A DNA stretch of 64,000 bases from Eledone cirrhosa (taxonomy: Eukaryota). The notes under the pieces are model-generated. The model searched no databases. It was not told the origin of the DNA and saw only the letters and a program-made list of their open reading frames with translations. Of the stretch, positions 28,683 through 43,702 are shown piece after piece. Positions within the stretch are counted from its first letter, which is position 1. Each line of letters begins with the position of its first letter. The translations under genes and the position numbers were made by a program. The DNA lies in assembly GCA_964016885.1 (NCBI GenBank), contig OZ024742.1, positions 316,324,001 through 316,388,000 on the forward strand, written 5' to 3'.

Positions 28683-29837
28683 AGTGCATGTATTTGTGTG
28701 TGAATGTGTATGTTATTACACTCTCGACCTTTGGACCATAAGTTGGCGTTTAGTAAAGTGTATTTATGGTATCGGCCTAGCAAAACTCTTCACTAATCAC
28801 ACAACTACTACAATTCTCGTTAATTGTACTGCTCGTATTACTACTTCCAGTTGTGATTGATAGTTACCTAACTATTCTACAAAGTTACAGCTAGATCTAG
28901 AAGTAAACTAGGAACCAGTTAACCTTTTGTTGCCATATTTATAATGAAACAGAATGTATTTTGATTAATGAAGAATTTTGGGGGTATCTACTAAAATTAA
29001 CATAAATGGTTCTTATATCAATTTCATTAAAATACGAACTCTATAGAATAATGATTCTGGCAGAGTTTAAGATGCCTTCCAGAATGTCCTATAAGAAGTT
29101 ACTGTCTGGATCCTCAAGGAAGATCAATTTAGCTCATGGATATTATCTAACCTTATTGCTGGGAGACTATCCCTGGGCCTCATACCGGTTGACTTTACCC
29201 ATAAAATCTTTCCAACGATTCTTTCTTTAGTCATTCTATACTACCATAAGCCCACCCCCCGGAAAGCGTGCGAGAAGAAGAAGCGGAAGAAGAGAGGATC
29301 CAATAAAATGGGAGGTTTAGTTCCATAGAAGCAGAGAAACAGCTCTGCCCGGTTTAGTATCAAATGTGTCAGTCTTTCCACATACATAGTGGAAGCCAAC
29401 AAGTACGGCCACCTCTAAGAGCAAAAAAACAAAAAAAAAAACAGGCATTGGCAAAAACGTGTTTGTATGTGTGTATACAAACACACAACACTTTCTGGCG
29501 GTCTTTTCTCAAACTGATCACATCGAGCGCAAACATGCTAACCTTTCTCTAACCATATCTCATGGCTCAGGATTGTACCTCGTTATGACACGGGGATATT
29601 TGTTTACCACATTTGTAACATGGACTACATTGCAAGTTAATTTTGATATTCGTTTTGAGAAACTTGTTACGTTTTAGTCATTACTTCTTGTAGTGAGAGA
29701 CAATTCTTACACGGCATGATATTGTATGAACATTCTCCTATCTCATATTTCTATTAAATTTAGTAGTTGGGATCTGGTGGTACTTACTGGAGTAAGTAAC
29801 CCTGGGATCAGCTCACTAACACACACACACACACACA

Positions 29838-29916
<79 letters not shown>

Positions 29917-29957
29917 GTATATGAATGCATACACATACACACACACACACACAGACG

Positions 29958-30052
<95 letters not shown>

Positions 30053-30470
30053 TATATAAGGAAGAGGATAATAAAAGAAAAAGCATCTTGTACAAAAAGT
30101 TGTTAAGGCGGAGCTTGTTTTCTCAGGTTTAGATTTTCAATATGTACACACACACACCACACACACACACATACACACACACATACATATACACACATTT
30201 ATATATAATTATTTGATTATTAAGAAAAAATGATCCCGTGAATGTAAACAGATATATATTATATATTTCAATGCGTGGCATTAGGAATACACTAAAAACC
30301 TTGCAGTTCATTGACATTATAGGAAAAAAGCATGTATTCTCTATTATCATAACTTGTGTTCTCGTAATTGTCAGGTTTGTTAAAAAGCTGATGATTGCCA
30401 ATAATGTTTACGCAGTCAAACTCTCACATGCATGCGCCCACATAAAAAGACACACACACATATATATATA

Positions 30471-31020
30471 TGAATAAATTTAGTCCTTCGTCAGTGATCT
30501 GCCAACCTTCATTGGTATTTCATCGCTTTAAAGACCATATACCTCCGGTTGGTGCGAGCAACGGCTAAAGAAAGTCGTTGGAACACGTAAATAAGGGGAA
30601 CGAGCGAGACTGTAAACAATCAAAGATGGTAATGCAACAAAAAGTGAGGAAGAAGGCGCCAAGTCCCTGAAATCGATGAACATAAGTTCTGTGGAATCGT
30701 GGACGAGAGAGAATAAAGACCATCAAACCCGGTTGAAATGTGAGCAAGGAAAGAGTTTCGCACAGGTCAAACGGGGGGAAGAAGGAGTCTAGTCCCTGAA
30801 ATCGGTGAACATAAGTTCTGTTAAATCGTAGACGAGAGAAAATAAAGAACAACCGACCTGGTCAAAGTGTGCGTGAGGAAAGAATTTCGCACAGGTCAAA
30901 CGGGAGGAAGTAGGAGAGGGAGTAGCAGAGAGTGAGTGAGTGAAAGTGTGAGGAAGAGGCTAACAGAGAGAGTGACGGTTAGAGGGAAGTGAGAGATACA
31001 GAGAAAAGCGGAAGCAGTAA
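30471..31020. repeat. Unclassified dispersed repeat with internal ~130-bp tandem duplication; second copy at 53612-53850
   Basis: Both copies start TGAATAAA.TTAGTCCTTC directly after (TA)n; units ~30648-30778 and ~30778-30910. Confidence 0.75.
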
Positions 31021-31044
31021 GAAATATATATATATATAACTATA

Positions 31045-31252
31045 ACTGTTTCTACTTTAGGTACAAGGCCACCAATTTGAAGGGGAGGGGAAGTTGATTA
31101 AATCTATTCAGTACTCACTGGTGCTTTATTTTATTGACCCCGTATGGATGAAAGGCAAAGCTAACCTCGGCGGGATTTGAACTCAGAACGTAAAGGGCCG
31201 CAACTCTGCCGCGAAGCATGGTGCCCGACGCTCTACCGATACTGCCAATCCA
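31045..31252 (-). mobile_element. tRNA-derived SINE
   Basis: Reverse complement of the SINE consensus; further minus-strand copies at ~13190-13330, 31655-31806 and 35290-35428. Confidence 0.8.
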
Positions 31253-31867
31253 CATGATGCACATTTACATACTATATCAATTGTCTACTTATATTATAGG
31301 TATTTACCGCCCTTTTGGTCGAAAGAGATCCGTAAACCTTCCTCCCCTTCGTTGTTACATTTACATTGGTATCTTCGGCTGTTGATCTACCTCTGCCTGT
31401 CGATTTCTTAATCGTATTCTTTTTGTCTAGAATTTCTTAATTCATATATCACAGCCAATTGGCCCCTTCACTAGCTGTTATATTAAACTTGTATTTTGTG
31501 TAATCTTGGTATTGGTAAAGGTCCCATAACTCCCTGTGATGTCGTAGAGGCACCGTCATACGGTGTGTCTGGGGCACTTTTAAACCTGGCGGAGCCCTAA
31601 CCTTTCCAAGTCGGAACACAGTCGATTTCTTCTATAGAGGAAGAATCGACACCAGTACTGGACTGGTACTTTTTTTATCGACCTCGAAAGGATGAAAGGC
31701 AAAGTTGACCTCGGTGGGATTTGAACTCAGACCGCGCAAATAGGTGGGATGAATACCGTAAAGCATTCTATCCGATGTCTTAAGGACTCTGCCAATTCAC
31801 CGCCTTAATCTTATGCTTTGTTAAATCATATTCTGTTTTGTTTGAATTATTTATTGGTTTGGTTTCT

Positions 31868-32061
31868 AGGGCGGTGGATTGGCAGTATTGGTAGAGTGTC
31901 GGATGCCATGCTTTGGCGCATAGAGTTACGGCCCTTGCCATTCTGAGTTCAAATCCCGCCGAGGTTAACTTTGCCTTTCATCCTTACGGGGTCGATAAAA
32001 TAAAGTACCAGTAATACACTGGGTAATTGCTGGCCTTGTGCCTAACGTAGAAACAATTATT
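31868..32061 (+). mobile_element. tRNA-derived SINE (Octopus-type), full copy
   Basis: A-box TGGCAGTATTGGT, B-box GAGTTCAAATCCC, body AGGTTAACTTTGCCTTTCATCC..GGGGTCGATAAAATAAAGTACCAG, tail AATTATT. Confidence 0.85.
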
Positions 32062-32734
32062 TATTGGTTTCTTACGTTTCAATGACCAATACATGTTTAT
32101 CCTCTTCGTTGGTCAATCAAGTGGTTATCTTCTCTTTGCCTATTGATTACGCTTTCTTATCCTGTTCAGTTTACGTCGCAAATTGTCCTTTTATGTAAGG
32201 TACCGCTAAAGATGCTTTTCGTGTATTCTGTAAGGGCTTGGGTGGCGTTGTTTTTTATTTTATGTTCCTTATTGCCATTTTCTTTCTGTATTTAGTTAGT
32301 GATCTTTTGCTTTTGCTACCTTGCTGTTGGTATTGCTGTATCCCTACTTCTATTACTGTTTCGTCGTTATATATTTACCGTCTTTGTGATTCAGGCCAAG
32401 TTTGAAAAATGAAATTATTCTGGTCCCTGCTGCATGCTGCCATCATGTATAAAAATGTTGCATTTTTTGCGTTATACCAAGGAAAATTCCGGAAACGCTT
32501 ATGTAATTGTTGGAACAATATATTATATCCTAGAAATATATAATTCTACTTCAAATCCTAAATCTGCATTGATAAGGACGTCGTTGTACTTCTGGAATTA
32601 TTACAAAATAAGTTTGTGTGTTGTGCGTATATGGCTTTAAATGCATGATCGTTGTGTCAATAAAATCTTTTCTTGATTGTATGACATGCAATATCGTTAC
32701 CTTAAAGATATTCACTTATCTTTCAGTGTTTACC

Positions 32735-32771
32735 ATGAGCATCGGATTATGTTTGGTGTACAACTTTAAAG
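32735..32771 (+). CDS. Probable first coding exon of the IgGFc-binding-domain membrane protein (MSIGLCLVYNFK)
   Basis: TTTCAG acceptor ending 32726, ACCATG context, G|GTAATG donor in phase 1 matching the next exon; start codon uncertain. Confidence 0.45.
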
Positions 32772-33234
32772 GTAATGAAATATATTTATTCTCTGTAGAA
32801 GCCATCTAATTCCTTAGTATATTGGATTGCTGGTACTACATCGTGTATCAAATTATATGTAAGTCCTGACTCCAGTATATTTAAGAAAGGTGCTTCTTGT
32901 ATATCATAGTATGCTTCGAAAATAATATTTGAATCAAAACAATGGCTTGTCTTTTCTCCTTCAAGATTAACATAATCAGAAATTCTCTGTAGTTACTGGC
33001 AGTATACTATACATATAGTGTACTGGACACTTTTTTCTTTCTCAAAGAGAATTTTATCAGAGTTTCTGAAGTTATTATTTATAGGTTTGGATATCAGCAT
33101 TTCAAATTTAAAATCATCCAAGCGCCTCGATAAATCACACACACGCGCACACACACGCGCGCACACACACGCGCGCACACACTCACGCACGCGCGAACAC
33201 GCACACACACACACACACACGCACACGCACACGC

Positions 33235-33293
<59 letters not shown>

Positions 33294-33398
33294 CCAAATC
33301 TATAAATAATAACTTTAAAACCTCTCATAAAATTCTCTTGGCGACAGAAATATATATATGAAGTTCTGCGGTAAGCAGCCGAAATAAATGAGATAAAG

Positions 33399-33687
<289 letters not shown>

Positions 33688-34152
33688 TATATATATAGAC
33701 TGCATACAGGTGTATATACATATATAGCTTCATCATATACTTTAATTGCTTTATGAACTACTTAATATATATCTTAATATATATGAAGTGTGCTAATGGT
33801 ATGCACATTGGCACGTCCATTTCAAGATACTACTATATAAGGTGTGTAATCTCGATTGTGAATTTCCTTCTGATTAAAGCCAAACTAGGCTTGATAATCG
33901 TTTCTTTTTTATAATTTATCGGGAATTTTGTATATTTGGTATGTTTCCTTGTGTATATACTAAAAAGTTTTAAATATATATATACACGGCTACTATTTTG
34001 TATATATACAGGTATGTCGGCGACTAAATCTTTACAATACGTGCACTCTACTATCCCAAGTATTGACTACTTAGCTGAACGAAGATCTTACTAATCTAAA
34101 CTGCTAACTCCCAATATACACACACACACGCACACACACACACGCATGCACA

Positions 34153-34253
<101 letters not shown>

Positions 34254-34517
34254 CCTCCTCTCTCGTAATTTATTGTTTGCTGATGAAGCCAATGCAGTTT
34301 ACGTCAAGTTGCAGGTGCACTTACTTTCTGCATTTGCAGAGACCTAGGTCCAGACTGAATTAAGTGCACATGACACATTGCAAACATACACTTGGTAAGC
34401 ACTCTGAGACAGGTTTTGTTCCTTAAAACTTCATTCCTAATTGAGTGTGTGATGTGTGCAAGCGAGATTATAGTTGATACTATAACCTCGTCTACATATA
34501 TATATATATATATACAT

Positions 34518-34581
34518 TTTTTTTCTGATGAATGAAGACATTCATAAATATCTGTCTTCAAGAAACCACTGGTAAATGAAA
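34518..34581 (+). ncRNA. Type I hammerhead ribozyme in a (TA)-flanked cassette (~34515-34657)
   Basis: CTGATGA at 34525-31, stem II TGAAGACA/TGTCTTCA, GAAA, stem III CCA-C-TGG, GUA site; stem I weak (T-run vs AATGAAA). Confidence 0.68.
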
Positions 34582-34758
34582 TAATTATCTTATGTTGTTT
34601 ATTATATAACTAAAAAGGTCTGTGTAGAGCACTCTTTCCTACGGAAATAATTCATTTATATATATATATATATTCATTTGTTATGAGAACAGATTTATAT
34701 ATATATATATAATCCTTATAGAGCCCTCTTCGGATTTTAGTCTTCACAATTATTATTA

Positions 34759-34795
<37 letters not shown>

Positions 34796-34862
34796 TATAC
34801 ATATAATCACTCTCATGTTATTCTTAAAAAATCAGGTTATGCTTTTTATTTTATTACCACAG

Positions 34863-35087
34863 GATTGTTGTGTAATCAGTCGAGCGGGACTCATTTTTTA
34901 ATACCAAACGTTTTCTGCAAATCTACCAAAGTAATCCACATAAAGATTTGGACAATGACCTCGCATCTAACAGAAATAAAGGTTTTCTCCACAGACGCTT
35001 CAATGACCTTTGTGGTAGATGGCAATAATATTCGGTCCTTTACAATACCCTGTTTACATTACAGCTTGGATGAGAATATCACAAGTG
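34863..35087 (+). CDS. Exon of IgGFc-binding-domain membrane protein
   Basis: Polypyrimidine tract + CAG acceptor, G|GTAAGT donor, phase 1-1; SSGTHFLIP resembles the G..F start of FCGBP N-terminal domains. Confidence 0.8.
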
Positions 35088-35813
35088 GTAAGTAGTTGAC
35101 TTGTATGTATAGTCCAGTAACTCCCGATATGGTCGTAGCGGCGCCATCTTGACATACGGCGTTTTCCGGGCATATTAAGCCTGGCGGAGCCCATCTCTCT
35201 CCAGGCCTGAGTACAGCAGATTTCTTCCAGAGAAAGATAGAAAGTGAGAGAGAGGAAATGAAAAGGAGACATAGAGGAAGAATCGACCCCAGTACTACAT
35301 TGTAGACGGTTAAAGGATGAAAGGCAAAGTTAAACTGGGAGGATTCGAACTGAGAGAGCAGAGAGCCGGTAGGAATGCCATAACGCATTCTATCCAACGT
35401 TCTAACGAGTCTGTCAATTCGCCGCCTATAAGTAGTTGAAATACTATTGCAACATATATTATAGATACAGACATGACTGAATGATTAAAACCTTTCCTTC
35501 GCAATCATGAGATTCCCGGGCTTGATCCCAGTGAGTGGCATCTTGAACAAGTTTCTATATTATTATGTTCGGTCAGCCTAATCCTTGCGAATGAAATTGG
35601 GTAAACGGATGAATTATACCTGCAATTCAAAATTAACTGACTTTGCCGACTGATCACATTATCGGTACATCTGATCGTGGAATACACAGCCACTAATATG
35701 TTCATTCACGATTTAGACGGTTAGTTGATACGACAACTGAATTCTCATCCCCGAAACCCAAGGAGCCAACATCATCAACACTAACCGCTTGTGCGAATGT
35801 GCATGTATATATA

Positions 35814-35899
35814 CAGGGTGTCCCAAAAATGTATACATCATTCCATTAAATATTGCGTGTACAGGTAATCAAAGAGTGTATACATTTTTTGGTACACCC

Positions 35900-35901
<2 letters not shown>
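35814..35901. mobile_element. Tc1/mariner-type MITE
   Basis: TIRs CAGGGTGTCCCAAAAATGTATACA / TGTATACATTTTTTGGTACACCCTG; TA on the left side. Confidence 0.75.
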
Positions 35902-35953
<52 letters not shown>

Positions 35954-36014
35954 CCCAAGGCTCTGATACCATCAACTCTATAAACACAGAGCTGGCATAT
36001 CTAAGAACTGACTA

Positions 36015-36070
36015 ACTGCCTGATGAGGTCATAGCCATTCAATGGATATCGTCGAAATCTATATAGCAGT
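36015..36070 (+). ncRNA. Minimal type I hammerhead ribozyme (family A; cassette ~35953-36115)
   Basis: Near-identical to 22178-22233 with the same 3' terminus before (TA)n. Confidence 0.8.
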
Positions 36071-36115
36071 AAATAAAGGATTATGAGTTCATACAATTGA
36101 CTTATGTTTCATCAC

Positions 36116-36210
<95 letters not shown>

Positions 36211-37706
36211 AAACTGAAATAAATGTTTAAATATATATATAATATAAAATAAAATACATTAGAGGAAATAGTCTTCATACTACAGTATATATTCTATATG
36301 TATTATACGTCACGGTAGCTGTTCTATTGCAGTCGCAAATTTGTACATAATACTAAAAACAATTTTCTGTTAAACATGCCGTTACTTTAGCTGTTAGGTA
36401 ATAAATATAGTGGAATGAAGCAGACCAAATAATTTGTTGCTTGTGTTGCGTGTGATTTACGATGCTTTTCATACATTCTGCTAGCGTTTAATTAACTTTC
36501 GATTCAGTCAGTCTCTGTGATAAATATAACAAAGAAAGGTTATAATAAATGGAACCCATGTTTCAGATAAACATGTAACTTCTTTTTCAGCTAGAAATAA
36601 TTGTTCTGTATAGATGTGGATTATGCTAATGATAACAAGGAGATATTAATGCCAGATGAACAATTTCATAGTGTACGAAAAGGGACCAAATGCATAGACA
36701 ATATACACACATTAAAGGTTTCGGGAATGCAGTGTAATATAAAGACGGCATGGAAATCAGTAACGGGCCATAACTCTATGCTACAAAGCATGGCGTCCGA
36801 CCCTCTACTGATACTACCAAATGTTATTGAATTACACGTGTAACACCTCTTCTTTAACACAGTCTCAATGTCGCATCGCCCACGTCTACCAACTTTGTCA
36901 AAACATGATATCAACCGCAGACATTCTAGACATATCTTAGACAAACACTTCAACGAACATCATGTTATTTCTTCAGCCTAAACATTTACCGACGAAAACA
37001 AATGTCTTTACAAATACATTATCAACTCCGCCAAAATATAGAACTCCTCTGAGAACTAGATTTAACCACATTGCTCTACTTTAAATGCAAATGGTTTAGT
37101 GGTTAGAGTATTGGGTCATTGAAATGATTCTCAAATCTGGTGCTGCACTGCCTTTTGAGCAAAGCAGCAAATTTTACGTAACTCCAGTTCAATCAGCCAA
37201 AATGATTACCAGCTGCAGGTGGGGGTTAGCACAGCAACAACATTCGTCTCCTGTTCAAGGTGAGTTTTTTACTCATTTTGAGTCACTTAACAATTTGAAA
37301 CCAGCAAATCTCAAGGCTTTGTCCACCTTATGCAAGCATGGACTCTAGAGCCCCAACACCCCGAAATAATATAGTGATATTACTGAATACACCTACGGCT
37401 GTGTTTATCTATGAACGTGGCAAAGTAGTGCTGCGATCAAATGTAGACGACACGAATTCTTAACAGATTTCATAGAAATTTGATAAAGTGTGACGTATTA
37501 TGCCGAGTATATTTAGTCCAGCAAAACTGAATATAAGTATATATATATATATATAATTAATTACAACAGATACATCACTGTTGTAACTAATTATAATTAA
37601 GTCATCCTATGGATTGAGTGCTTTTACCCTTGGATATTTTTACTAAACATATACAGTATATATATATATATATGTATTACCACACAGACACACATATATC
37701 TATGTG

Positions 37707-37776
<70 letters not shown>

Positions 37777-37902
37777 AAAAGATGAAATCGAAAATGCAAC
37801 TGAAGTCTTATTTTAAAAAAAATATATATATTTATTTGGTTCCTTTACCGGTTTCGTAGTTCTGCTTTTCAAAAGTAGAGTTGAGATGGAGAGTCTGTGG
37901 TT

Positions 37903-37945
<43 letters not shown>

Positions 37946-37997
37946 AGGAAAAAAGAGGATATCTAATATATATATAAATAATATGCATATCTCTATA

Positions 37998-38042
<45 letters not shown>

Positions 38043-38104
38043 AAATATATGTCTGTGGGAATAGATATGCATATTATTTATATATATTCGATTTCGTCTA
38101 TTTT

Positions 38105-38190
<86 letters not shown>

Positions 38191-38300
38191 ACATAATTCA
38201 CACTGTTTTTTGATAAAATTTTTTTTCCACAATAAAAAGCTTTAAAGGCGACTTTATCGATCAACCTCGATGAATCCGGTATCAGAAAGGATTCCAGGAT

Positions 38301-38387
<87 letters not shown>

Positions 38388-38877
38388 TACACACACACAC
38401 ACACACACACCCACACATACATATATATATATATATGCATATGGAGTCATGTTCACATTTACATATTGATTCTATTGCCCGAAGTGGATTCGTACGTACA
38501 AAACGCTAAATATGTACATCGCTCTGGCTTTGTTATAAGATTAACTGCTTTGTATATTGCTTGCCTTTTGTCTCTTTAGGATTTTATGTTTCTCTGTTTA
38601 ATGATTCACATCACGATTGACAGAGACTCTGATCATAAATGTAAATGGTAAGACCATTAGGGATATTCTAAATGAAGAAATTACATCCGGGCATCAGGTA
38701 ATAGAAATGAAATTCTCAAGTCCCTCGAACAATATCTTGAGTATTTTTCTGATATTTTTCTGTGCGAGTAAATGAGTGGATTCATTGTTTGTTTTGTAGT
38801 TGTTGTTGATAGTTAATCTAAAATGCATTTCTTTTGTAAGATGTGTATGGATGTGAAAGAGTGGGAGGCCCTTTGTA

Positions 38878-38914
<37 letters not shown>

Positions 38915-40363
38915 GTGTGTGAGTGTTTGTGTGTATGAGTGCGAGCACATAGGTGTGCCAAATAGATACAGTGCATGCAGGTATAACCAGTGAATAAGGA
39001 GTTTGCTTGTCAAACATGAGATCCCGGGGTTCGATCTCACACGTTAATATCTTGAACAGGTGTCTTATACAATACATTGTAGTCAATCCAAACCTTATGA
39101 TAAACTGTGTGAAAGTCCATATATACATACATGTACCTGTTATACTTCTGAAATATTCCCAAAACAGGTCGTTTATCAAAAACAGGCCGTTTTATGTCTA
39201 TGATACATCAGTCTTATTTGACTTTGTGTCTCAAAATCCTTTACATATTTTATATTTATAAATAATAATAAAAAAAAATTGTAAACAAATCTATTTCAAA
39301 TAAAAACACTACAGATATTAAACAACAGAACATGAAGGGAAGGGCAAGGGCTTTAGGGTCACAGAAGAATGAGGTGGGGAAGAGAAGAACCTCGGACAAG
39401 ACTGCAAAAGCATTTTCGTGGACAATGGCCAGCGACACTCACTGCAACAGCCACCCCACCTCGCTGGGCTCCTTCTTCAGACGGGCTGAGGAGGAGCCGA
39501 CAAACCCATTCGCTTCACATAAGTATGTTCCATTATTTGCTTTCCCTCTCGCTGCTATATATACTCCTACGATACCTCAACCCTTAAAAGTTTAGTATAC
39601 AAGGAGAATACTATGAAAGTTGTTATAATAGTATGTTATATGATTTCCAAAGAAAACAATGCAGTAAAACATCATTCCTGAGTTTGTTTCAGTTGTATTT
39701 ATTATTTTGTGTGTTGATATATTTCACTATTGAGTACATTATTAAGTTCTTTATATCATGGGGGTGTGTGTATGTGTGTGCCTTCCATTGGGTCCTGGCA
39801 GAGGCAAACGTTGGAGATTACAGCTCCTATATTCCGGATATATGGTTAGAATATCTCAGGAAAGAAACGCTGGGCAGATTTAAGGCCCAAAACCAACACA
39901 CTGGCAGAAGACACAGGAGTAAACTCCGAGCAAAATGGTTGGATTAAATCTGTGAGCTCGGCTGGTCTCACTCTTGGGCATCCAGCTGGATCAATTAGAG
40001 ACGGTTGCTTGTATCTGGTATTCTCAAATGTTTAGCACGCTGACTCAGCCTGAGAATTAATTTAAGAGTACACACATCTATAGAACACTTAGTCACTGAG
40101 CTGTAGATTTAACAAAGATTAAGTAGTTTTGTTGAACGAACAACTGAATGCTCATCTTTAAAACCGATGGAAGATCCATCATTTAATAAAGACATGATAA
40201 CAATGACAGGTATATTGAAGGTTGAAGCATTAAAACGCTGGGTTTCTACCAATCCATTGATTAACAATAATCATTGTCTTAGTTATTGATTTCAATCACT
40301 AGCATTGTTGCTTTTATGGCCACTAATTAAAATGGTTGACGCAGCTCTCCATATCTGTCTGTA

Positions 40364-40436
<73 letters not shown>

Positions 40437-40595
40437 CGTTTCTGAATTTGTTTAGCAAGATTCTTTATCTGAAATCGTGTGTTGAAACCGATATTGTTAT
40501 ATTTTGGGAGGGTCAATTTATAGATATATAATAAATTGAAGTGAAAGCAACTGGTGCGTGTGTTTCTTATTGGCAACATGACTCTCCCAAAGTAT

Positions 40596-40652
<57 letters not shown>

Positions 40653-40656
<4 letters not shown>

Positions 40657-40895
40657 AACGAGTAGGACCCCGACGGCTGAGCTCAAGCCGTTTCGACGGG
40701 TAATTCTGGACTAAATGAACATTTTTTTCTGGACTAAATGAAAAAAAATTTCATTTAGTCCAGAATTAGCCGTCGAAACGGCTTGAGCTCAGCCGTCGGG
40801 GTCCTACTCGTTCCTATTACTCACTCTACTACCCTAAGTATTGAGTACTTTGGTGCGTTATGGTCCATCTGGTTCCGTACCACATTTCCTTTGTT
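40653..40895 (+). mobile_element. Family C cassette with inverted arm
   Basis: 40653-40718 is the near-exact reverse complement of ~40749-40816; same tail as 22800-22880. A related fragment lies at 1721-1785. Confidence 0.8.
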
Positions 40896-41029
40896 ATATA
40901 TATATATATATATATACATACACACACCACACACGCACACACACATATATATATACACACACACACATATATAAATATATGTGTGTACGTATATATATAT
41001 ATATGTACAAACATATATATATGTGTGTA

Positions 41030-41075
<46 letters not shown>

Positions 41076-41210
41076 ACATTGAGGACCGAGTAAGTTAGAT
41101 CGCAGATATATATATATAAAAGACAGAGAGAAGCGAAAACCAACCAAACAGTGAGTGTGTTCTGTTATTAATTCTGGCAATATTACGCAAATATGACCCT
41201 CCCCAAATAT

Positions 41211-41243
<33 letters not shown>

Positions 41244-41245
<2 letters not shown>

Positions 41246-41376
41246 AGTTTATCCCGGGTTCAATCGGGGGTAACCACAGTAAGTAAGGTACTCAATACAA
41301 AGCAGAGTATAAATATTTAATATAGAAAGGCTTCTACAGGACTAGAACTATTTCATTCGGGAGAATTCATCAGGAA
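41244..41376 (-). mobile_element. Family B cassette with hammerhead (41332-41376)
   Basis: Minus strand TTC-CTGATGA-ATTC tccc GAAT-GAAA-TAG ttctagtc CTG-TA-GAAG; (TA)n on both sides. Confidence 0.8.
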
Positions 41377-41504
41377 TATATATATATATATATAGTAATA
41401 ATAATAAATTTGAAGACTAAAATCCAAAGAGGGCTCGATAAGGATAAATATATATCAAATATATAAGAACCGTAGAGCAAATATTTATTAAAATAACAGA
41501 TTAA

Positions 41505-41555
41505 AGTTTAAGCAAAGAATCGCTGCTTTCACCCTTAACGGGATCTTCTGAAACT
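41505..41555 (-). ncRNA. Hammerhead ribozyme with core substitution (CAGAAGA), in cassette ~41395-41990
   Basis: Minus strand AGTTT-CAGAAGA-TCCC gttaa GGGT-GAAA-GCA..TGC-TT-AAACT. The cassette also has a ~140-bp tandem duplication (41635-41912); its 3' end recurs inverted at ~34718-34760. Confidence 0.6.
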
Positions 41556-42128
41556 AACAAAGTCAATCTGTGAACGCAGAAGTGAATATTTCAAAAAAAC
41601 GTTGCAACCGGAGGAAGACAGGAAGACGATACTTTGGTTCGTGGAAACGTTCCCTGGCAAAGAACGGGAAAAAACGAATATAATACGTCATTATTTGGAG
41701 CAGTGAAAAACAATTACGCGCAAAGACAGAACCACGTTTATGGTATAAAAGAGGTCGTAGACTAATGTTCTCTTAGGTGGTTCATAGAGACGTTCTCTGG
41801 CAATGAATGGAAAAAACGAAGATAATACGTCATATGTGGAGCGTAGAGAACAATTGCACGCAAAGACAAAACCACGTAAATAGTACAACTGAAGTCGTAG
41901 ACTAAAATTCTAACCAGGAAACCGAATGATTCTCGGTTTCAGAGTTAGGAATAAAGTAAATAAAATACAGAGATAATCGAAATTAAATAAATACATATAC
42001 GCATCCATATATTGCATACACAAGCATACGCGAAAACACTCGCCATAGGTATAGAAATACACGCACATATAAATATGTGTGTGTGTGTGTGTGCGTGTAT
42101 ACAAACTCACAAACAAACACCTCACACA

Positions 42129-42228
<100 letters not shown>

Positions 42229-42281
42229 ACACACACACACACATCCTCAGTTTTATATATATATATATATATAAAAATATA

Positions 42282-42315
<34 letters not shown>

Positions 42316-42329
42316 TATTTTTATATATA

Positions 42330-42765
42330 TATATATATAAAACTGAGGATGTCTGTGTGTGTGTGTGTATGTGTTTGTGAGTTTGAATCCCTAAAACTCG
42401 AGAAGTACCCAACCGATTTTTTTCAAACTTTACATGTGTATTACTTATGTTTCAGGGAGTGTTATGGACATAATTCCTCTTTTTGATCCCCTAGGGCCCG
42501 CATTAGGTGAAAAACTGCGTTTTTAGGGCTTTTTAGGGCTTTTTTGAGGCGTTACGTCTAGCCGATTTATTTACTTGATCCCCAGGTGAAAACCTGTATT
42601 TTTTTCTGCTTCATCGAGGCAAATCTTAAAGATTATCCAGCCATCAGAGTATTCGGCTTATTTTCTTTACATATTGTCCAGGCATGCAGTTTTTCCACGA
42701 TTAGGTCTGTTGGCGGCCTGCGTTCCAAAATACTTTATCCCGTGCAACGCGGGGTACCACTGCTA

Positions 42766-42766
<1 letters not shown>
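42330..42766 (+). mobile_element. Non-autonomous Helitron-like element
   Basis: Subterminal hairpin CCCG-TGCAACG-CGGG followed by CTAG|T at 42763-66; 5' TATATAAAA + (TG)n + CCGATTT..TTCAAACTT region. Confidence 0.72.
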
Positions 42767-42804
<38 letters not shown>

Positions 42805-43268
42805 CGTGTGTACGTGCGTGCTCATGTATGTATGTGTGTGTATGCCCATAGGAATACAATTATATAAGTAATTGAAATACAATTGAGTTAAGTCACGCCA
42901 TTCAATTGAAATACAATTGAGTTAAGTCATATATTCAAACACATGCATGCGCGCACACACACCCGCTCACCCCCCCCATGAATATGTATATATACGTGGG
43001 TTTATTTGTTTAGTAGTGACTATAGGTGTTTGTATGTATGAGTGTGTGTATGTGTGTGCTTGTGTATGTGTGTGCTTGTCCGTATGTAAGTAATTGGAAT
43101 ATATTGAGGCAGTGGAGAACAACATGGAAATCATACGGAAGGAAAAAGAAGACAAGGAGAGAGGAAATATCACATGTGGTAAAATGTCAGCCATGTTAAA
43201 GAAAGAAGTCAGATGGAAGGTTAAAAATGATTTTAGCCATTTATAGGTGAAAGAGAGACATATATAAG

Positions 43269-43321
<53 letters not shown>

Positions 43322-43327
<6 letters not shown>

Positions 43328-43508
43328 GAGCTTCTACAGGACTAGAACTGTTTCATTCGTGATATATCAACAGGAAGCCCTTCTGATGATTTCTCACGAA
43401 TGAAACAGTTCTAGTCTTGTAGAACCGCTTCTATATTAAATCATTTATACTCTGCTATGTATTGAGTACCTTACTTACTGTGGTTACCTCCGATTCAGCC
43501 CGGAATAA

Positions 43509-43510
<2 letters not shown>
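43322..43510. mobile_element. Family B cassette with head-to-head hammerheads (minus 43330-43378, plus 43381-43424)
   Basis: Inverted arms around ~43379. Stem I GCTTC/GAAGC on the minus arm, whose core is the variant CTGTTGA. Plus arm has CTGATGA..GAAA. Confidence 0.78.
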
Positions 43511-43557
<47 letters not shown>

Positions 43558-43702
43558 AGGGTTGACGGACCCAGCATATTTATCAATGCCAGTACCAGTT
43601 GTATCTCAGCGCACTCAATAGGCAATGTAAGATACATTACCAGATTATACACATAGTTATTTGCCTCAACACAACACACGTAAAACGGGTGCCTATAAGG
43701 TT

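Noticed and set aside
31868-31960. tRNA gene
   Set aside because: A/B boxes are present but continue into the SINE body, and there is no cloverleaf.
33866-33905. Hammerhead-like CTGATTA-AAGCC/GGCTT-GATA
   Set aside because: Two core mismatches and no stem I/III; at best a decayed remnant.
36601-36843. Possible extra exon in intron 2
   Set aside because: The available donor is phase 0, not phase 1; the 3' part is SINE-derived; exons 2 and 3 already join into a coherent domain.
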